The notes below the pieces were generated by a model that did not search any database, was not told where the DNA came from, and saw only the letters and a list, made by a program, of their open reading frames with translations. From Chiloscyllium plagiosum (taxonomy: Eukaryota), in NCBI RefSeq assembly GCF_004010195.1, contig NC_057751.1:1-38237 (forward strand): a stretch of DNA of 38,237 nt, read 5' to 3'. This document shows, one piece after another, positions 36,418 through 38,237 of this stretch. Position 1 is the stretch's first letter. Each line of letters begins with the position of its first letter. The translations under genes and the position numbers were made by a program.

Positions 36418-37199
36418 CCACTGTTCTTGTTCAAAAAGACGTCGTACTTGCGATTGGTTTGGGGATATGGTTAAATGTGGTTCAGTCCACTGCATTTTCA
36501 CCATTTCTGCCAAGTTCACTTTCCAATGCACTTGTGAATGCCTCATTTGAACCTTCTCCCACCATATTTCCAGGCCATACATTCCATACACAGTAAATAG
36601 TTAGGGTGAGAAAGTTTGGATATTTCAAATCTATTTTCTTTTTTCTTTTAGAAGCAAGAACAGCTTTATCTCATCCATCCATGGTTTCTCTCAGCCACAT
36701 TCTCTCCAAGGAGAACAGTCCCAACTTCTTCCTGAGGTTTCTCATTTCTGGATCCATTCTCACCTATCCCTTTTGCACTTTGTTCAAAACATTCCCAACT
36801 TGTCCTATTACGTGGCACCCATAAATGTACATAAAACTTCAACAAACACGTATCTTGTAGAAGTTCCACATGACCACCTTTTTCTTGTCCTTTACAGCCC
36901 CATTAAAGCCAAGAATGCTATGTGCTTTATTAACTGCTCTGTTCATTTGTCCTCCACCACCATCAGTAATCTGTGCACGTACACAACGTTTACTCCTTCA
37001 CTAGATTTAGAATTGTGCCCGCAGAACAATCATTCACCCTGCACTGGCCCATGTCCAGGTTCATTTCCCAAACCTGTTCGGACTGCCTCCACCTTCACTT
37101 CTGTTTGATTTATCAAAACCTTTCACCACTTTAATGACCTCCAATAGGCCACAACCCAGCCTTCTCCTTGCAACACAAAAACAATTCAGCCCGTTCTCT

Positions 37200-38165
37200 A
37201 TTGAGGGTAATTATCCACAGTATTCCCACAGTTCTGTTTCTGCATCACACAATTTGATTGGTTTGTGAAACAAAAATCATTCCTTTGAAATTGATTCTGA
37301 CTACTGCATTTTCTATTTCTTGATGCTTTTGTTCTGAAGATTGAGACCTTTCTCAGCACCTCCATGTTAACTGGTCCACACGTCCATGCAGGATAGCTCC
37401 TTTGCTAGACACAAGAAGAATATGACCAGTCTGCCAGTGTCTGATACAATTCCTAGTTGCTATTTTTACTTTTCACAGCACCTGTAGTGCCTTCCTTAAC
37501 TTTTTTTCAAGCAAATTTATCACCGTGACTCTGCTTTCTGCCTTAATTTGATTTATCAATTATCTCACTTTTCTGTATTCCATTGGTGTCTTAATCCACA
37601 TTCCACTCTTGCAGAAAGTGAGGACTGCAGATGCTGGAGATCAGAGCTGAAAAAAGTGTTGCTGGAAAAGCACAGCAGGTCAGGCAGCATCCAAGGAGCA
37701 GGAGAATCGACATTTCGGGCACAAGCCCTTCTTCAGGATTCCTTGTAAATGGTCCATGATTTTGGGGCATATCTTATGTTTCAGTTTCAGTGTGTTTCTT
37801 TATTCAAACATGACACATCATTATTTGTTGCGTTTTTCAGTAATGTTTTTCTCTATTTGCAAGTACGCTCAGAAAATCTACTGATTACTGTGAAGTGTTT
37901 CCACTGGATTTATCTACCTTTTATCTTCTCTTGTTCAACTCACATTTACTCAATTATATTTCTTGTTATACTGTTCATGATATTTACCTTATTTGCGCCT
38001 TTCTCAATCTGGGCATTAATCCTTATAATGTTTTCATTATTGTCAAAATCTTCTCCCCGTTATCAATTGAGAGAGTTTTGGTTCACTCCCCAAAGCTCAA
38101 TCTCTGTCTCTCTTTTTTCTTTTTACATAGCATATAATAATTCAAGCAAACCCCCCTCCAATAAT
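37200..38165 (-). mobile_element. Old CR1-like ORF2 fragment
   Basis: Degenerate reverse-strand similarity to 26900-28500 and 33800-34400. Confidence 0.55.
37612..37742 (-). mobile_element. Family A PLE-derived element
   Basis: Near-identical to 6125-6252. Confidence 0.85.
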
Positions 38166-38237
38166 GAGCAATTGTGAATCTGCGTTAAAGTATTTAACAT
38201 AACTCCCCTCTACAAGGTGGCTTGGGGGAGGGGGGGG

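Noticed and set aside
37749..38177. 142-aa hydrophobic ORF resembling a membrane protein
   Set aside because: Antisense reading of an A-rich decayed CR1 ORF2.

Overview
This is vertebrate genomic DNA, very probably from a shark. That inference rests on abundant HER1/CR1-like LINEs, HE1-like SINE tails and Penelope-like elements (PLEs). The window holds one complete protein-coding gene on the minus strand: a 7-exon UBE2D-family ubiquitin-conjugating enzyme, most similar to UBE2D4. Its CDS is join(35322..35345, 21741..21804, 16267..16298, 16103..16180, 15899..16004, 14813..14906, 9194..9239), 444 nt and 147 aa, with all introns GT-AG. It has a CpG-island promoter near 35.0-35.7 kb and a probable ~2.1 kb 3' UTR ending near 7090. 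A second CpG island at 1-330 probably belongs to the next gene. Most of the rest is nested, decayed retroelements, and nearly all ORFs in the supplied track are TE debris. Main oddities: (1) a TSD-flanked chimeric retro-insertion of a pre-tRNA-Ser fused to an L1/Tx1-like 3' end; (2) at least three families of PLE-derived elements carrying minimal hammerhead-ribozyme motifs, several as fold-back insertions and some in sense orientation in the gene's introns; (3) a duplicated in-frame splice donor after exon 5; (4) a candidate 50-nt poison exon in intron 2. TE family names come from recall of motifs, not database searches, and TE boundaries are approximate.
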